From Guillardia theta CCMP2712 (Eukaryota; Protista; Cryptophyta), in assembly GCF_000315625.1 (NCBI RefSeq), contig NW_005434622.1, positions 405,242 through 469,241 on the forward strand: 64,000 nt of DNA, written 5' to 3'. Positions 22,640 to 34,534 of this stretch are shown piece by piece. The translations under genes were made by a program, and so were the position numbers. The notes below the pieces were generated by a model. The model worked only from the letters and a program-made list of their open reading frames with translations. It had not been told where the DNA came from and made no database searches. Each line of letters starts with the position of its first letter. Within the stretch, counting starts at the first letter, position 1.

Positions 22640-25223
22640 TTATTGTGCTCCAATAATGCTGAGCACTAAGCTGGAGAACTGGAGGGAAGCTGAGCAAAGG
22701 AAGCTGAGAGAGTGAGATGGATCACCTGGGGGATAGAGAACAGGAGCGTGGCGAAGGTCGAAGTGATGGCCATGGAGAGGGCGCCGAAGGGGAAGGAGAG
22801 AGGATCGTTCAATGCCAACCTGCCCATCTCTCAGCCAGCCGAACGAGCAAATAGACTTCGTTACGCTGCCGATGCCAGCGCAAGACCTGCACCTCCTGTC
22901 GCCACCCCTCGAGCTGCAAGTCAAGTCAGCGAGTGACGGAGGGAAGCGAAGGAGCACAGGAGCACAAGCTTACCGATGGGGTCTCGCTGTCCAAACAAGT
23001 CAAGAAGTTTCGGCCCGAAGTTTGCCCCGGCGATGCCTGGCGTGACATCAACTAGAGCTGGAGATGAGCCGTCGCACCCGTAAGGCAGCAGTTGACAGTA
23101 GTGAGAGCCGTTGACGCTCCGATCATCCCGGCCTGCACGATCGCCAAGGCTGCTCGAATGTGACAACCTCCTCATCTCGCCCTCTGTCAGCAACAAACCA
23201 GCAGTTGCACGAGGAAGCAGCGCAAGCTTGATTGTGCGAGAGGGGTTGAAGGCTCTCGCAAGGCCAGCCATGAGAAAGATTCCAACGAAAGCTGCGCGAG
23301 ACAAGGTTGGTTATCTCCTTGTCTTCATGTGGGATGAGAATACCTGCTGTGAAGGATCCACCAATGATGGCTGCAGCATTCTGCACGAGGAGAACTCTTC
23401 TCTCATAAAGACCTTCACTGTCTGGTCATGACAGCGGGACAATCAAATGGATGAAACCGAAGGCGAAAGAGATAATGGCTGGTTCCAAGAAGAACATGAT
23501 GAAGTTCCTGAAACAAGTTTTACATTGAAAGTTATGAATCCGGGTCACCAGAGGCAGAGGACCACAATCCACCAGTCTTGAGGTATCTGCACGAAACTTG
23601 CTGAGTGGACCAGAACGGAGATGCGACCTACTCACTCTCCCAGTACATCCAGCAGACTCTTTCCTTTCATTGCTCCGTAGCCTAAAAACCACACTGTCGC
23701 CTGCAGCAAAACAACTTTGTAAGAGGTCGTAACAAAATTAGAACGGACGATCAACCGAGATGTAGGTGGTCAGAAGCGGATGCCAAAAGTTTGCAAACGT
23801 CGGATTGAAGTAGCGGGGAAGGCGAGACGCGAAGATGAATGAGAAGATTGTAGAGCTGTAAACAAGCGGGCACCATACAAGGGCAGCAAAAAGAACGTCA
23901 AGACACGAGCCATCAAAGAACGCAAGACGCATACATCCCGTAAAACAATTGTGACCAGGGTGCTGACTGAAAGAGGCCCAGGATTCCAGTTGCAGCTGTT
24001 CGGTGCGGAAAGGTGAATCAATCATCATGGCCGAAGCCGAACAAACTCAAACCTGTCAGGGTGAAGAAGATCTTCTCCAACTGAGGTGAAAACCAACTCT
24101 TAAACCCCGCCTGTCACACGTTGAGTTGCAAGGCGGATGGGTGAGAAGAATCCACACCCTCTTTGGGGCCTGGGGTTGTGCTTTCTGTTCCCTGTTCCCT
24201 TTTTCCTGCGACTCGAGCCTCACCTTTCCAGATGCCCCCTCATCACAAATCACTTCGCATACCTGCAGAATTGCCACCACGTTGGCGATTATGAAGTAGA
24301 GCCCTGATCCTCCTGCTCATGACGTCAACTAGTATGAAGAATCGGCCGGATCCAACCCAGCCCCAGAACCGAAAGGAACTTGGTGAAGTCTACTGCAGAG
24401 ACGTCCTTCATCGCAAGCGGTGTGACAATCAGACCTGCAAGCTGGCAGTGAGACATGCAATGGAGAGCATTCTTGTACCAGGAGCGAAAAAGGCAGGGAG
24501 GAAATTGGTAAGCAGATCCAATCCTGGCTTGAAAAAGGAGACAACCTATGCTGTTATCAGGAAACGTGGAGGAGCAATCTGGTTCATGCAAGAGGGAGGG
24601 AATAGAGAGCAACGGGGGTAGACTGTGAATGTGAAAGACAAGGAAGATATTGATCTCAAGTAGGCGAACCTTCGCTGCGTCCTTTTCTTTCATTGACATC
24701 AACCCCGCAAACGCCATGAACATTCCGACCAGGGGATGAGGAAACTTGGTGATTCCCAGGACTTGTCTCATCAGGTATTTCAATGCAAGATTGATAGTCA
24801 GAAAGGCTGCGATTGACGGGATTGTCTCCAGGCCATAGTCGATCTGCTGCACCACATCCACATCAACAACCTTGACGTTGAGGTTCTTCGGTAGGATGCG
24901 GCGCAAAGACATGGTTGGCTTTGCAGGCGTCGGAGTAGAGATGGGACGAGATGGAGGAGCTTGATGATGATCTTTAGCCTGAGTGTGGGAACCTGTCGAG
25001 ACAAAAATAGCGAGTTGAGCGCTTATACACAAACGGCCCCTCCTTTGTACAGGTGAAATGGATGGCTGGAATAGGAGGAGGACTCAAGCAAGTCAAGCTC
25101 ACCTTCCTTACTTTGTGAGTCTCCCTCTGCTGGCTCGGTTAATACGCAGGATGGCATCGCCACGAGGAGGAAGGCGAGGAGGAGGAGGAGGCGGGTTGTG
25201 GCGATGTCGCGAAGTCGAACCAT
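22640..25223 (-). CDS. LrgA/LrgB-fusion membrane transporter (PLGG1-like glycolate/glycerate translocator), multi-exon
   Basis: KFPHPLVGMF (LrgA-like), LALLPRAT and TPGIAGANFGPKLLDLFGQRDPI (LrgB-like), many TM segments; hydrophobic N-terminus MVRLRDIATTRLLLLLAFLLVAMPSCVLT. Confidence 0.7.
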
Positions 25224-25528
25224 GGCCGATCTGTCCAAAGCGGCTCAAGGTCCAAGAGGTTTGGACGCCCGGGGGTGGGGTAGTGCCTAACTTCAGGGTA
25301 GGTGGGTACGGAAATGTTTACAGAGAAGTGATCCCGAACAATGACGAAGAAGGGAGGTAGGGGTACTCAAGAAAAGAAGTGAACAAGAGGGGGTGGACAT
25401 TGAACGACAGGGGGTGGGGTAGCTCTAGTGGACGTAACAGCAAGGGATGCACAGGAGTGGGGGAGGCAATATTATTATCACAAGCGTTGTGCAGCAGTTG
25501 TATCGGAGCATGGAGGCATAGGGGCAAA

Positions 25529-25610
25529 GGAGGGAGGGAGGGAGGGAGGGAGGGAGGGAGGGAGGGGAGGGAGGGGAGGGAGGGAGGGAGGGAGGGGAGG
25601 GAGGGGAGGC
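25529..25610. repeat. (GGGA)n microsatellite next to the assembly gap
   Basis: Read directly. Confidence 0.9.
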
Positions 25611-25631
25611 GTGGAGGACGTGGACCGAAGG

Positions 25632-25731
25632 NNNNNNNNNNNNNNNNNNNNNNNNNNNNNNNNNNNNNNNNNNNNNNNNNNNNNNNNNNNNNNNNNNNNN
25701 NNNNNNNNNNNNNNNNNNNNNNNNNNNNNNN
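25632..25731. other. Assembly gap (100 N)
   Basis: Run of N. Confidence 0.99.
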
Positions 25732-26099
25732 AAAGGGAAGAAGAAGAGATAGGAAGACAATCAGGAGGTCAGAAGAACATTGTAAAACGAGATAGCGCAA
25801 GGTTGGAGATGACGAGCGGGGAGGGGAAGGGGTTGGGGGGTTGAAGAGAACAAGAGAATGTTGATGCGAAGGAACAAGAGGTCAAGACGAAATGAGAATG
25901 TGCAGAGGGGAGGAATAGGGAGAAAAGTGTTTGGAATATGATACTGGGGTGTGAAGAGAATCGGAGCGGAGGATTGAGTAAAGCACTGAGGGGGAGGGAA
26001 TCGAGAGAGCGAATTCTGGGGTGATCAGCATGAAGCGGACCTGAAGAGCGAATTACTTGAGGGAACAAAAGCTGCTACACAGGGATGATAGCAGGCTTC

Positions 26100-27300
26100 C
26101 TCAGAACACCATACGTCTTCTCCGTTCGAAAGTGTTTGCTTACTGTAGCTGAGTTGATGACTCTTGACCATAAGCTGCGTCGCTTATCACCCTATGTTTG
26201 GGCGTTAAAAGGCATTTTCCAGCATTTGTTTCATGTAATCAATTTCTAGACTTTAGTGAACATCGGAATGTTCAGATCAGACATTAGGCTGACCTTTGTA
26301 TGCGCACGAATCCAACATTTCTAATTCTTTGTATTGCTCACATTCTCTTGTGTATTCAGTAGGTGTTGATCAAATTGTTGCCAGAAGAGACAAGCTCTGT
26401 TGAAAATATGTCTAGTGATACCTCCCTCTGGATCTCTATGTTGCTACCTCATGATAGATAAACTATATTTATCTATCTAACAACAGGCATGTTTTGTGAT
26501 TCGTGCATGCGTTTTCTTCAATCGCGATGGAAACTCGTATGTCTACAACATGTTGTAAAGCGCGAGCGCCTTGATAAAATGAGATGCGGATGTACACAGA
26601 AGTGTTGAGCAGTAGAAAATAGAGAAAATCAAGGATATAAAATGTAATTCCAGAATAGTTTACATAGAAAAGCATCCAATCATTACAGATGGCCAAATGT
26701 GAACTCCTTGTAACGAACATCAGAATCAGTAGGTTGAACAAAGTTCCCCCCCTCATCAATCGAAGATTTGTTCGGAATTCGGCAATGCAAATCAATTGGT
26801 TTATGGCTTCCGTTCAAGGTCAAATTGCCATTCACATCGATTGCGGAGAAATTAATTGTCATGAGTTTGTGAAACAAGACTTCTGATTTTTGAGAAGTTT
26901 TTGTAATGAAGTTGGATGCTGCATAGACCTTGTTTGCAATTCCTCGAAATCGCTCCCATTTGTGATGGGAAACTTCACTAAGTGCCGGAGTCGGCATGAA
27001 ATCTTTCCTGTGAGATGCGGAGGAAAAAGTAGCATCATCGCGCGTGTGCTTCACCACAGAACAAGAAGAATGAATCAAAAGCACATCTGGACAAGAATGT
27101 CTGCGATGTTGCATCTTGAATCAGAGATGTAATTTTGGTCCTGTCTTCCACAGTGGATCAAGAGAGTACGCAATCTTTCCGATTTTGGCAAGCTGAGCAG
27201 AGTCGAGGAGGCAGAGAACAGCTGCTCTTTAATTTGCAAGATGATGAACGTCCTGAGGTAGCGGCACACGGATTGCGGTTGAAAAGCAGAGGATGTGAAC
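26100..27300 (-). CDS. Possible multi-exon hypothetical gene with one EF-hand-like loop
   Basis: Protein-like minus-strand segments (KWERFRGIANKVYAASNF; FSAIDVNGNLTL; EIDYMKQMLENAF); structure unresolved. Confidence 0.3.
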
Positions 27301-27539
27301 GGCGGAAGGGTCGGAGGGATGTGAGGTGCTCGGGCCAATACAGGGGGTAGGTCTGGGGAAAAGGAGGGGTTGTTGAAGAGACGGTGGTCTCGACCAAAAA
27401 TTCTCAAGATCTCGTCACGGCACGTACGGATGGTCTCAAATCGACGGGGGTGGTAGCCATGATGGAAGGACCCCGCCAGGGTAAAGCAACTATGAGAATC
27501 TATTGAGTCGCTAGATAGCAAATCATGGGGAGGGAGTGA

Positions 27540-28100
27540 TCATACTCAATCGAAAGCAAGTCCCAGATGCGCCCATCGATACAACAATTAGGGGGGGTGG
27601 TAAACCCAAAAGGAAAGAGCTGTCTTCTTGAAAGGGTAAATCGAAACGATTTCTGTTCGATTATGAGCCGTTAGTTGATGTCCCAAATCAGCATCATAAA
27701 AATATAGTATATTTACATATTTATATTTGTTTTTATTTTGGTTCTTCCCCGTGACCAATAGACCAAAGGACATGAGTTTGACTCCTTTTTGCTCCTGCCG
27801 AACTTCTGAAATCATCTCGTTTGAAGGGATTTGTTTACAACATATTGTATCCTTGAAAACTTTTTTCATGTCAGCGGCCTCTATTAGTCTTGAAATCCAC
27901 CCTACCCCACTTTAGCTAGTGAGGTGATAGGGGGTAGACACATTGTGCACCCTCCTACCTTGGAACTGGGTGCAAGTTACAGATGGGAGACGGGTGGGTA
28001 GGAGAAGGGAGGGTGGGAAATAAACGTAAAAGAAGGTTCAATTGAGGGGTGGTACAGACTCCGTGACCATCCAAATGCCACTGATGGAAAGCACGTGGGC
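27540..28100. promoter_or_regulatory. GGGGT/ACCCC-rich AT-rich intergenic island
   Basis: Clustered ggggt, ggggta and cctacccc motifs between a probable minus-strand gene and a plus-strand gene start. Confidence 0.4.
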
Positions 28101-28831
28101 AAAAAGATAGTTTTAAAAGATTCTTTTTTGTCCTCTCTTTTTAAAACACTTGTAGATAGACTGTAAAAATAAAAGCAACACCCGGCCTCAGAAACTTTCA
28201 CTGCCCAACAGATGATCACAAAACTCCTATTCAAATGAAAGCTGTGATTGACTTGACTATTAAATATAAGTGAGGCGGACTTGAGTCATCAGAGCATGCT
28301 CTTTCACAGATCAGTGTCCGGCACTTGTCCTGTGATCCTAATTTGAATCAAATGCTCTTGCACCCCGCCTCAGCGTCCTCTGAGGGCACCGCGAAGAGCC
28401 GCGGGGATGCAGGAGAAGCAGAGGGTGTTGGGTGCGAGGGAAGGGAACGAGAGAGAGATGTGGGAAATGAAAGTAAGGAGAGATGGGAGAGATGTCTCAC
28501 GCACTCTATAGCAAAGCAAGCAGGAGAAAATTAGGCAAACCATGTCAGTCACAACGAGCCTTAGCTATCGACAGGCTTATCGAAGCGTGCAGAAATACAG
28601 CTAATGTTAAGACCCTGGTACACGGTCAGGGAGGGAGGTGATACAAGTCGACAGATTCGAGTGTATAGAAAGTTGTATTGTTGTATGTGGACTTTCCACC
28701 ATTGCATAAGTTAGTGATGTCCAAGGAAAGCAACCATCTCCGGGACAAGTGAAACTGGTTGCTGTTATGCCTGAACATTGTTGATAGTTGGCAAGGTTGG
28801 GAAGCAGATCTGCTGACCCAAGCCTGAAGCA

Positions 28832-30589
28832 ATGCCTCGTACATCGGTAAGTCTCGATTGTTTACCAAGAAAAATCCTATCATGATGTGATGAATTTTGC
28901 AGCCGCTAGCAGCAATTATCGCTACATCTGCCATAGCGATTTTGATTCTTGCTGCTGTTGTTTTGCACTCCACTCCAAGGAGTGCTCTGGAAGCGAAGCG
29001 ACATGAACCGACACTTCAGGCTGAGATCAACAAACTGAAGAGAAAGCTGGACAACGCTTTCTCCAAGGTCGAACATCAACATCCCCTGAAGAGTAACGTT
29101 GCACAGAAGTCGAAAGAGACTTCCCTGAGCTCTCCTGCTGTCCAGACTGCAACGAAGATGGCGTTGGATTCGAAGCGAGCTCCTGTGCACGAGGCTCCTG
29201 CGGTGCGGTCGTCTGTAAATCCACTGGCCAAAGGCCCTTCATCGGTTGGGCAGCCAGCCGTGGAGTCGAGAGGAAGGAAGTTGAACCGACCGCCTGTTCA
29301 TGTCTGCAGCCACTGCGGCCGATCCCATCTCAGTTCCTATCAAGCCCGAAACAGCAGTTGCGCGTCAAAATGCAGCTTGGCATCGACAACACCAGGTGTT
29401 GGACTGGACTGCTCAAGACCAGCAGAGCTACGACAGAGCTGTCTCTCATGCCCGCATTGCGGAGCGAGGATCTCATGTTGAGTACGAACCCCTCCGTCTT
29501 CAAAAGGGATATCTTCATGAGATCGAGAATGGGCAAGAACAGTTTGAAACACAACTTGTCGACCTGGTGAAAATGCTCGAGCCTTCATACCTGAGTGAAG
29601 CTCTCCAGTGGGCCGAGAGCTTGGACACCAGGGACAACACTATGCTTGAACCCATCGTCGGGGCTCTCGAAAGGCCGATCATTCAAGATCTGGACATGGA
29701 GGCGAGAGCACGAGTGGAACGGGCAGTAGAGGCCATAGCAAGCAAGCATGCTCTCACGCTTCCAGAGAAGGAGCAGCTGAGGGCACATCTCATGGCGCCT
29801 CTCCTGATGAGAATCAGAGCGCGAGTTCACGCACAAGTTTCCAAGTACGTCACGAGGATGGCTCGATCGATCGTGATGAAGACAACTGGGACCAACATGA
29901 CGACTGAGAATTATCTCGCCGCCATAGCGAATCACAGGGAGAAGCTGGCGGTGCCAACATTGCCGGAGAATGATGTGAGGTTTGTCAACTCCATCCATGA
30001 CCTTCAGATGGTTTACAAGAATGGAGTGATCGATAAGAAAGAATATGAAACTCAGAAGGCGAAACTTCTCAGTGACTGGCTTAAGTTCGCAGTGATCAAA
30101 GCTGGAGGGAATGCCAATGAAGTGCTGCGTTTGGTGTTTGGCGGCGATGTGCGAGGGATCACTTACTACGGCAAAAACAAGAAGAAGTCCAGCGTCGATG
30201 TGTACAAGAAAGTCCAGATGGAGAACGCCATTGCTTCCATGAAGGCGGATCGGCAATTGCGAATCTCTGATGATCTTGTGTGGCAGCTTGTGCATGGAAA
30301 GGCGCAGTGGGGTGCCGTGACTGGATGCGAGGGGAAGTGGGAAACAAGCGCGTGCAAGAGGAAATGGGACTCGATCAAGGACCTGATAAAGAAAGACTTG
30401 GACAAGCTGCCGGAAGGCGCTTGGGGAGAAACCAGAGAGGGAGATGAGGACCAGAAGTTCTCGAATGAGGGTGCAAATGCTCTCTACAAGCGGCTGGGCA
30501 ATGATGCGCGAGAGAGTATCTGGGAGGACCAACGAAACAGTCTGCCTTGGGAAACAAGTCAGCTAGCGTCGGCTCGCGAGCACAAGTAA
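28832..30589 (+). CDS. N-terminally anchored or secreted protein with an internal SHOCT-like motif
   Basis: MPRTS|PLAAIIATSAIAILILAAVVL anchor (intron 28847-28902); 429-aa downstream ORF containing IHDLQMVYKNGVIDKKEYETQKAKLL. Junction between the two ORFs not resolved. Confidence 0.65.
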
Positions 30590-30677
30590 AGTCCATTAGA
30601 CATGACATTCTGCCAATACCACCATTTCAACAATTTAGTGCAATAAAATTCTCGATTAGACTTGCGAACGTCAAAAG

Positions 30678-33253
30678 TTACTTCACTCCCATTCGTTCCG
30701 TGGGTCTGCCCCTTCGGCTGATACCTTGTAGTCAGCATGGGAAATGTTTTGTGACTCGTGCAAACTTACCTTGCGACTCATTCAAACTCTCTACGATCTG
30801 TGTAGGAACTTCTGATGTCGGCAATTTCTCGACAACTTTCCTCAAAAGATCTGAATTGATCTTCAGCTCAGCTTTGCTCATGATGACATCCCGTTCTTGT
30901 TTAGCCTGGAATCATCAGCAGGGTGAGGCATCAATGGCTGGAGGTGCCATGTTTCACCTTTATCTGGAGCTGTTGCCCTAAATCTTCTTTGATCTTCCGC
31001 CTCTTCTGCAGCTTTTCCTGATACTCGGCATCATTTTTTCTTCTCACGCATGACTTGCTGTCATTTTAGACCTGATAAGCCAACTGCTGCTGCTCTCCAA
31101 ACTCGTGCGCTTCTCTCTGGTACTGTTGGGCAATGCGCTTTCGCTCTTCCTCCTCAATTTGTTTCTGGACCTCCTTCTCTTTCAGCTGCCATCCAAGTCA
31201 TTATCGTCAACCTCTTTCACTTGAAATGGTCTCACTTGCGCATCGAGAGCTCGCTGAGTCTCTTGCTCGAGATTTTTTTTCTTAAGCTTTTGGGCATTTT
31301 CTCGTTCAATTTCTTTGTTCCTGGAAGGGTCCCAAGGTGAATGCAGGGATTGACAGCTGGGGGAGAAAATTTGAGATCACACCTGAATTCTTCTTGTGCT
31401 TTTTGAATTCTCATTTCAAGTTCATGATCCATTTCCGCAGCTCGATTGTTGAGCTCTCCAGCCATCCTCTCTGCTTTCTTGAGTCTCTCTTGTCGGATCT
31501 TTGTTGACATGTGTTGGTACTTCATTTGGCAAAGTAAGAGATACCTTCTCTTGCTTCATACGCTCCATCTCTTGCTTTTCACTCATCTCCTGCATTCAAG
31601 TAAATAAGACTAAAACTTCGCAGGGTTGCAGCACACCAATTGCATCTGGAATAATCTCAGGTTCTCTTGTCTTTCCCGCTCTTTGGCTTCTCGTTTCCGT
31701 TCAAGAATGACGTCTTTCTCTCGAAGCATCCTCTGTAAATAAAAAACGCGCACAGTCACCAGGTAGAAATATGACCAGCCCATCAATGGTTGAAGTGGAA
31801 CCTGATATTCAGCTGCCTTTTCCCTAATTCTTCTATCTTGCTCTTGGCGTTCCAACTCAAGTTGTCTCTTGTGCTCCTCCAACATCGCCTGCTCTTCTCT
31901 CTTTTCTTGCAAGGCTCTGATCTTCTTTTGTTCAATAGATTCCTTTAGAACTTTCTCTTCTTCCAATTTTTCCTGAAGAATTCGTTTCTGCTTCATCAAA
32001 TCGCCTTCTTTCATCTCCTGTTTCCAATCGCGGTAATTCTGCATGATGCTTTTACCCAGCTCGAAGTATTCAGCTTTTTCTTGATCTTTCTGTTGTTGTC
32101 TTGCTTGCATCTGTATAGCAGTGTGATCTGGAATAATTCCGTCGGCAAATGAACACCAACCTGCGCTTGAAGCTCTTGTCTTCTGCGTATTTTATCGAGT
32201 CGTTCCTTTTCCTTTCTTTTCTTCTCTTGTTCCATGAATTCTACGTCGTTGTACAACGTGATCATCGACCACGGGTCCGATTTCCTTGGAACTTTTTCAT
32301 CAGGACGTGCAGCAGTGGCTCAATGTCCTCACCTGGCTTTCTTGCTCAAGACCGAGTTCGTGGTGTTGGCGATGTTCTCTAGCTCGCCATTGTTATCATA
32401 TTCAATGCTGTTCTGATCGAACCCCTTTGCTGCTTTGATCTCCTGCGGCATAATGGAAGGGTTCAACATTTCTCCCTGTTGCTCCGCATGCTCCTGCTTC
32501 ATGGAGCTTTCAATTCTCTCGATGTCTTTGCGATGTGCTGTGATATGCATTTGAACATCGGAGGGACTGAGCATCATTGAAACCAACTCACCTTGTGTAT
32601 CTTCGGCGTCATTGCCTTTGACCTTCTGATGCAAGGAAGATATAATGTCACCTTGCTCAAATCGCCGCCTTAATTCATTGAGCTTGTGCTCATTCAACCT
32701 AAACAGTTCATATCAACTCTTCATTGCTTCATCGAGGAATGGAACGTACTTTCCATCGTGTAACAGGCCTTCGACTTCTCTTACAGCAAATTGGTACACG
32801 GCGCCGTCTTTATCATACTTATTCTTCATGGAAAATCAGAGGAGGTTGACAACAGTTGTTAGAGGTTGACAGATGTGGAGGCAACTGACAGAGGTGGAGG
32901 TAAGGAGACAGATTTGCACTGCAGTCACCTGTTTGTTGTACGCCTTCAACAAGTTGTTCACAAGCAGCTCCTTGAACAAGTCGTCACTCTTCTGCCGCTG
33001 CCACCAGAGTCTCTCTGGGTCAACTGAGGGGACTCACCTTGAGTCTCGTGTACTTGTGAGAGCGATCGCTTGGGGTCAACCGCTGCCCGAGGGAAGGGCT
33101 TCCTGAGCTCCGACGGCTGATGCTCTCCATCCCTTTAAACGACTTTCCGACTTGTTTGCGTTGAGCTGCTGACTGCGACGTCATACCCTGCGGGATGCCG
33201 GCTCCTCCGGCTCCGTTGCCTCTCCTTGCTGCATGGCCGATGACCGGCAGCAT
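30678..33253 (-). CDS. Long E/K/R/Q-rich coiled-coil protein, trichohyalin-plectin-homology/ciliary type, multi-exon
   Basis: DPWSMITLYNDVEF...RRRQELQAQMQ, long charged helices, C-terminal ELKINSDLLRKV; many short introns. Confidence 0.6.
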
Positions 33254-33382
33254 AGCGATAGGCCCCACTGGTCCCCGGCCCCTAAAAATAGCTACTAAAG
33301 TACTTTGAGTAAAGAGTACCCGGGGGGAACCTTTTACTCAACCTAACTAAACGGCGGTAAAAACTGCCGCGGCCGCTCTGTA

Positions 33383-34212
33383 CTCGAAGTTTACTCAAAG
33401 TTAAGTTAAAACCCCACGGTCACACTGAGCCTCATCACCGTCGGACACAGCCTGGCAGACGGTCGTACGGTCCCGCCGCCAAAAGCCATGAAAGTTGATT
33501 CCGACTCTGAGTCTATGGTGCAGGACAGGACTGAGATGATGCAGCCAACTTGTAAGTTGCCGCCGGGCAATTCCTGTGGTGGCAGTATCCGACGCCGCTC
33601 CGACGCCGGCCCGCGGGCCGCGCGAAGGCATTGGCCGCGGCAAGCTCCGAGGCTCAGTTTATGACAGTGCCCGGCTGAGGTGTTTGGGGGACCGCCGGTA
33701 CAGCTCACTGAGTCAGCCGGCAGGATGAGCCTCCGACTCTCCGACCGGACTCAGGGGTTCCGTTCTCGCTCCGGCGAGCCTGTGTCACGCCGCTCAGCGA
33801 GGCTGGCTGCCGCGTACTCAGTGACTACCGGCCCCCGCGCCCGGCGCTGGCCCCCGCGGGCCGCAGGCCGGGCTTCCGCCGAGGGCTGCGGCACCGTCAG
33901 TTTCGGAGTTCTCTTCTCCGAGGCTGGCTGCCGCGTACTCAGTGACTACCGGCCCCCGCGCCCGGCGCTGCCCCCCGCGGGCCGCAGGCCGGGCTTCCGC
34001 CGAGGGCTGCGGCGGACCGTAGTAGTACGGTAGCCGCGTTGCTGCGGCTCAATTTTCCGGCCGTTCATCATCATACTTGTGCCAAAGTGGGACGGTACCG
34101 CGGGCCCCCGGGCCTACCCGGCGTTTGAGGCTCCTCGGAGTCGACTAAGAGTCTCCTCCCGCTCGGATTGTCCTCGTACTGATCTTTAACTTAACTTTGA
34201 GTAAACTTTGAG
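33383..34212. mobile_element. 830-bp GC-rich non-coding element bounded by 28-bp inverted repeats (MITE-like or insulated bidirectional promoter)
   Basis: 33383-33410 ctcgaagtttactcaaagttaagttaaa versus reverse complement of 34185-34212 ctcaaagtttactcaaagttaagttaaa (27/28). No clear target-site duplication. Confidence 0.5.
33798..34013. repeat. 95-bp GC-rich direct repeat, two copies, period 121, one mismatch
   Basis: 33798-33892 versus 33919-34013. Confidence 0.92.
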
Positions 34213-34534
34213 AACCGGGCGTCACCGGGACTCAGCGGGTGGGCCGCCGCCGCTTGACAAGTTGAGATGAGCCTGAACTGGAAATAAAATGAGGGGTGAA
34301 GCGGAGGATGAACTGCGAGAAAGCATGGCAGGAGCATAGAAGAGGAGCGCACAAGGTGCGACGTGCTACGGAAAGACTCGGCTGATGTAGACAGCAGCAT
34401 GCCATGTGATGTTCAGCTGTGCCAGTATGACACCTGGGTAAGCTTCAATGGCGGAATAGAAGTGTGAGGATCGAGCCTTGTTGTTACTACCAGCGCAGCC
34501 GCAGTCTCGAGATTAGAGAACATTCGCGATCATC

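Noticed and set aside
25318-25844. ORFs spanning the gap
   Set aside because: Artefacts of the (GGGA)n repeat and the N run.
33798-34013. CRISPR-like array
   Set aside because: Only two 95-bp copies with one 26-bp spacer, eukaryotic context, no cas genes.
33401-34033. Arg/Ala/Pro/Gly-rich ORFs in GC islands (also 45509-45978)
   Set aside because: Stop-codon scarcity in very GC-rich DNA; ORFs appear in several frames and lack protein-like motifs.
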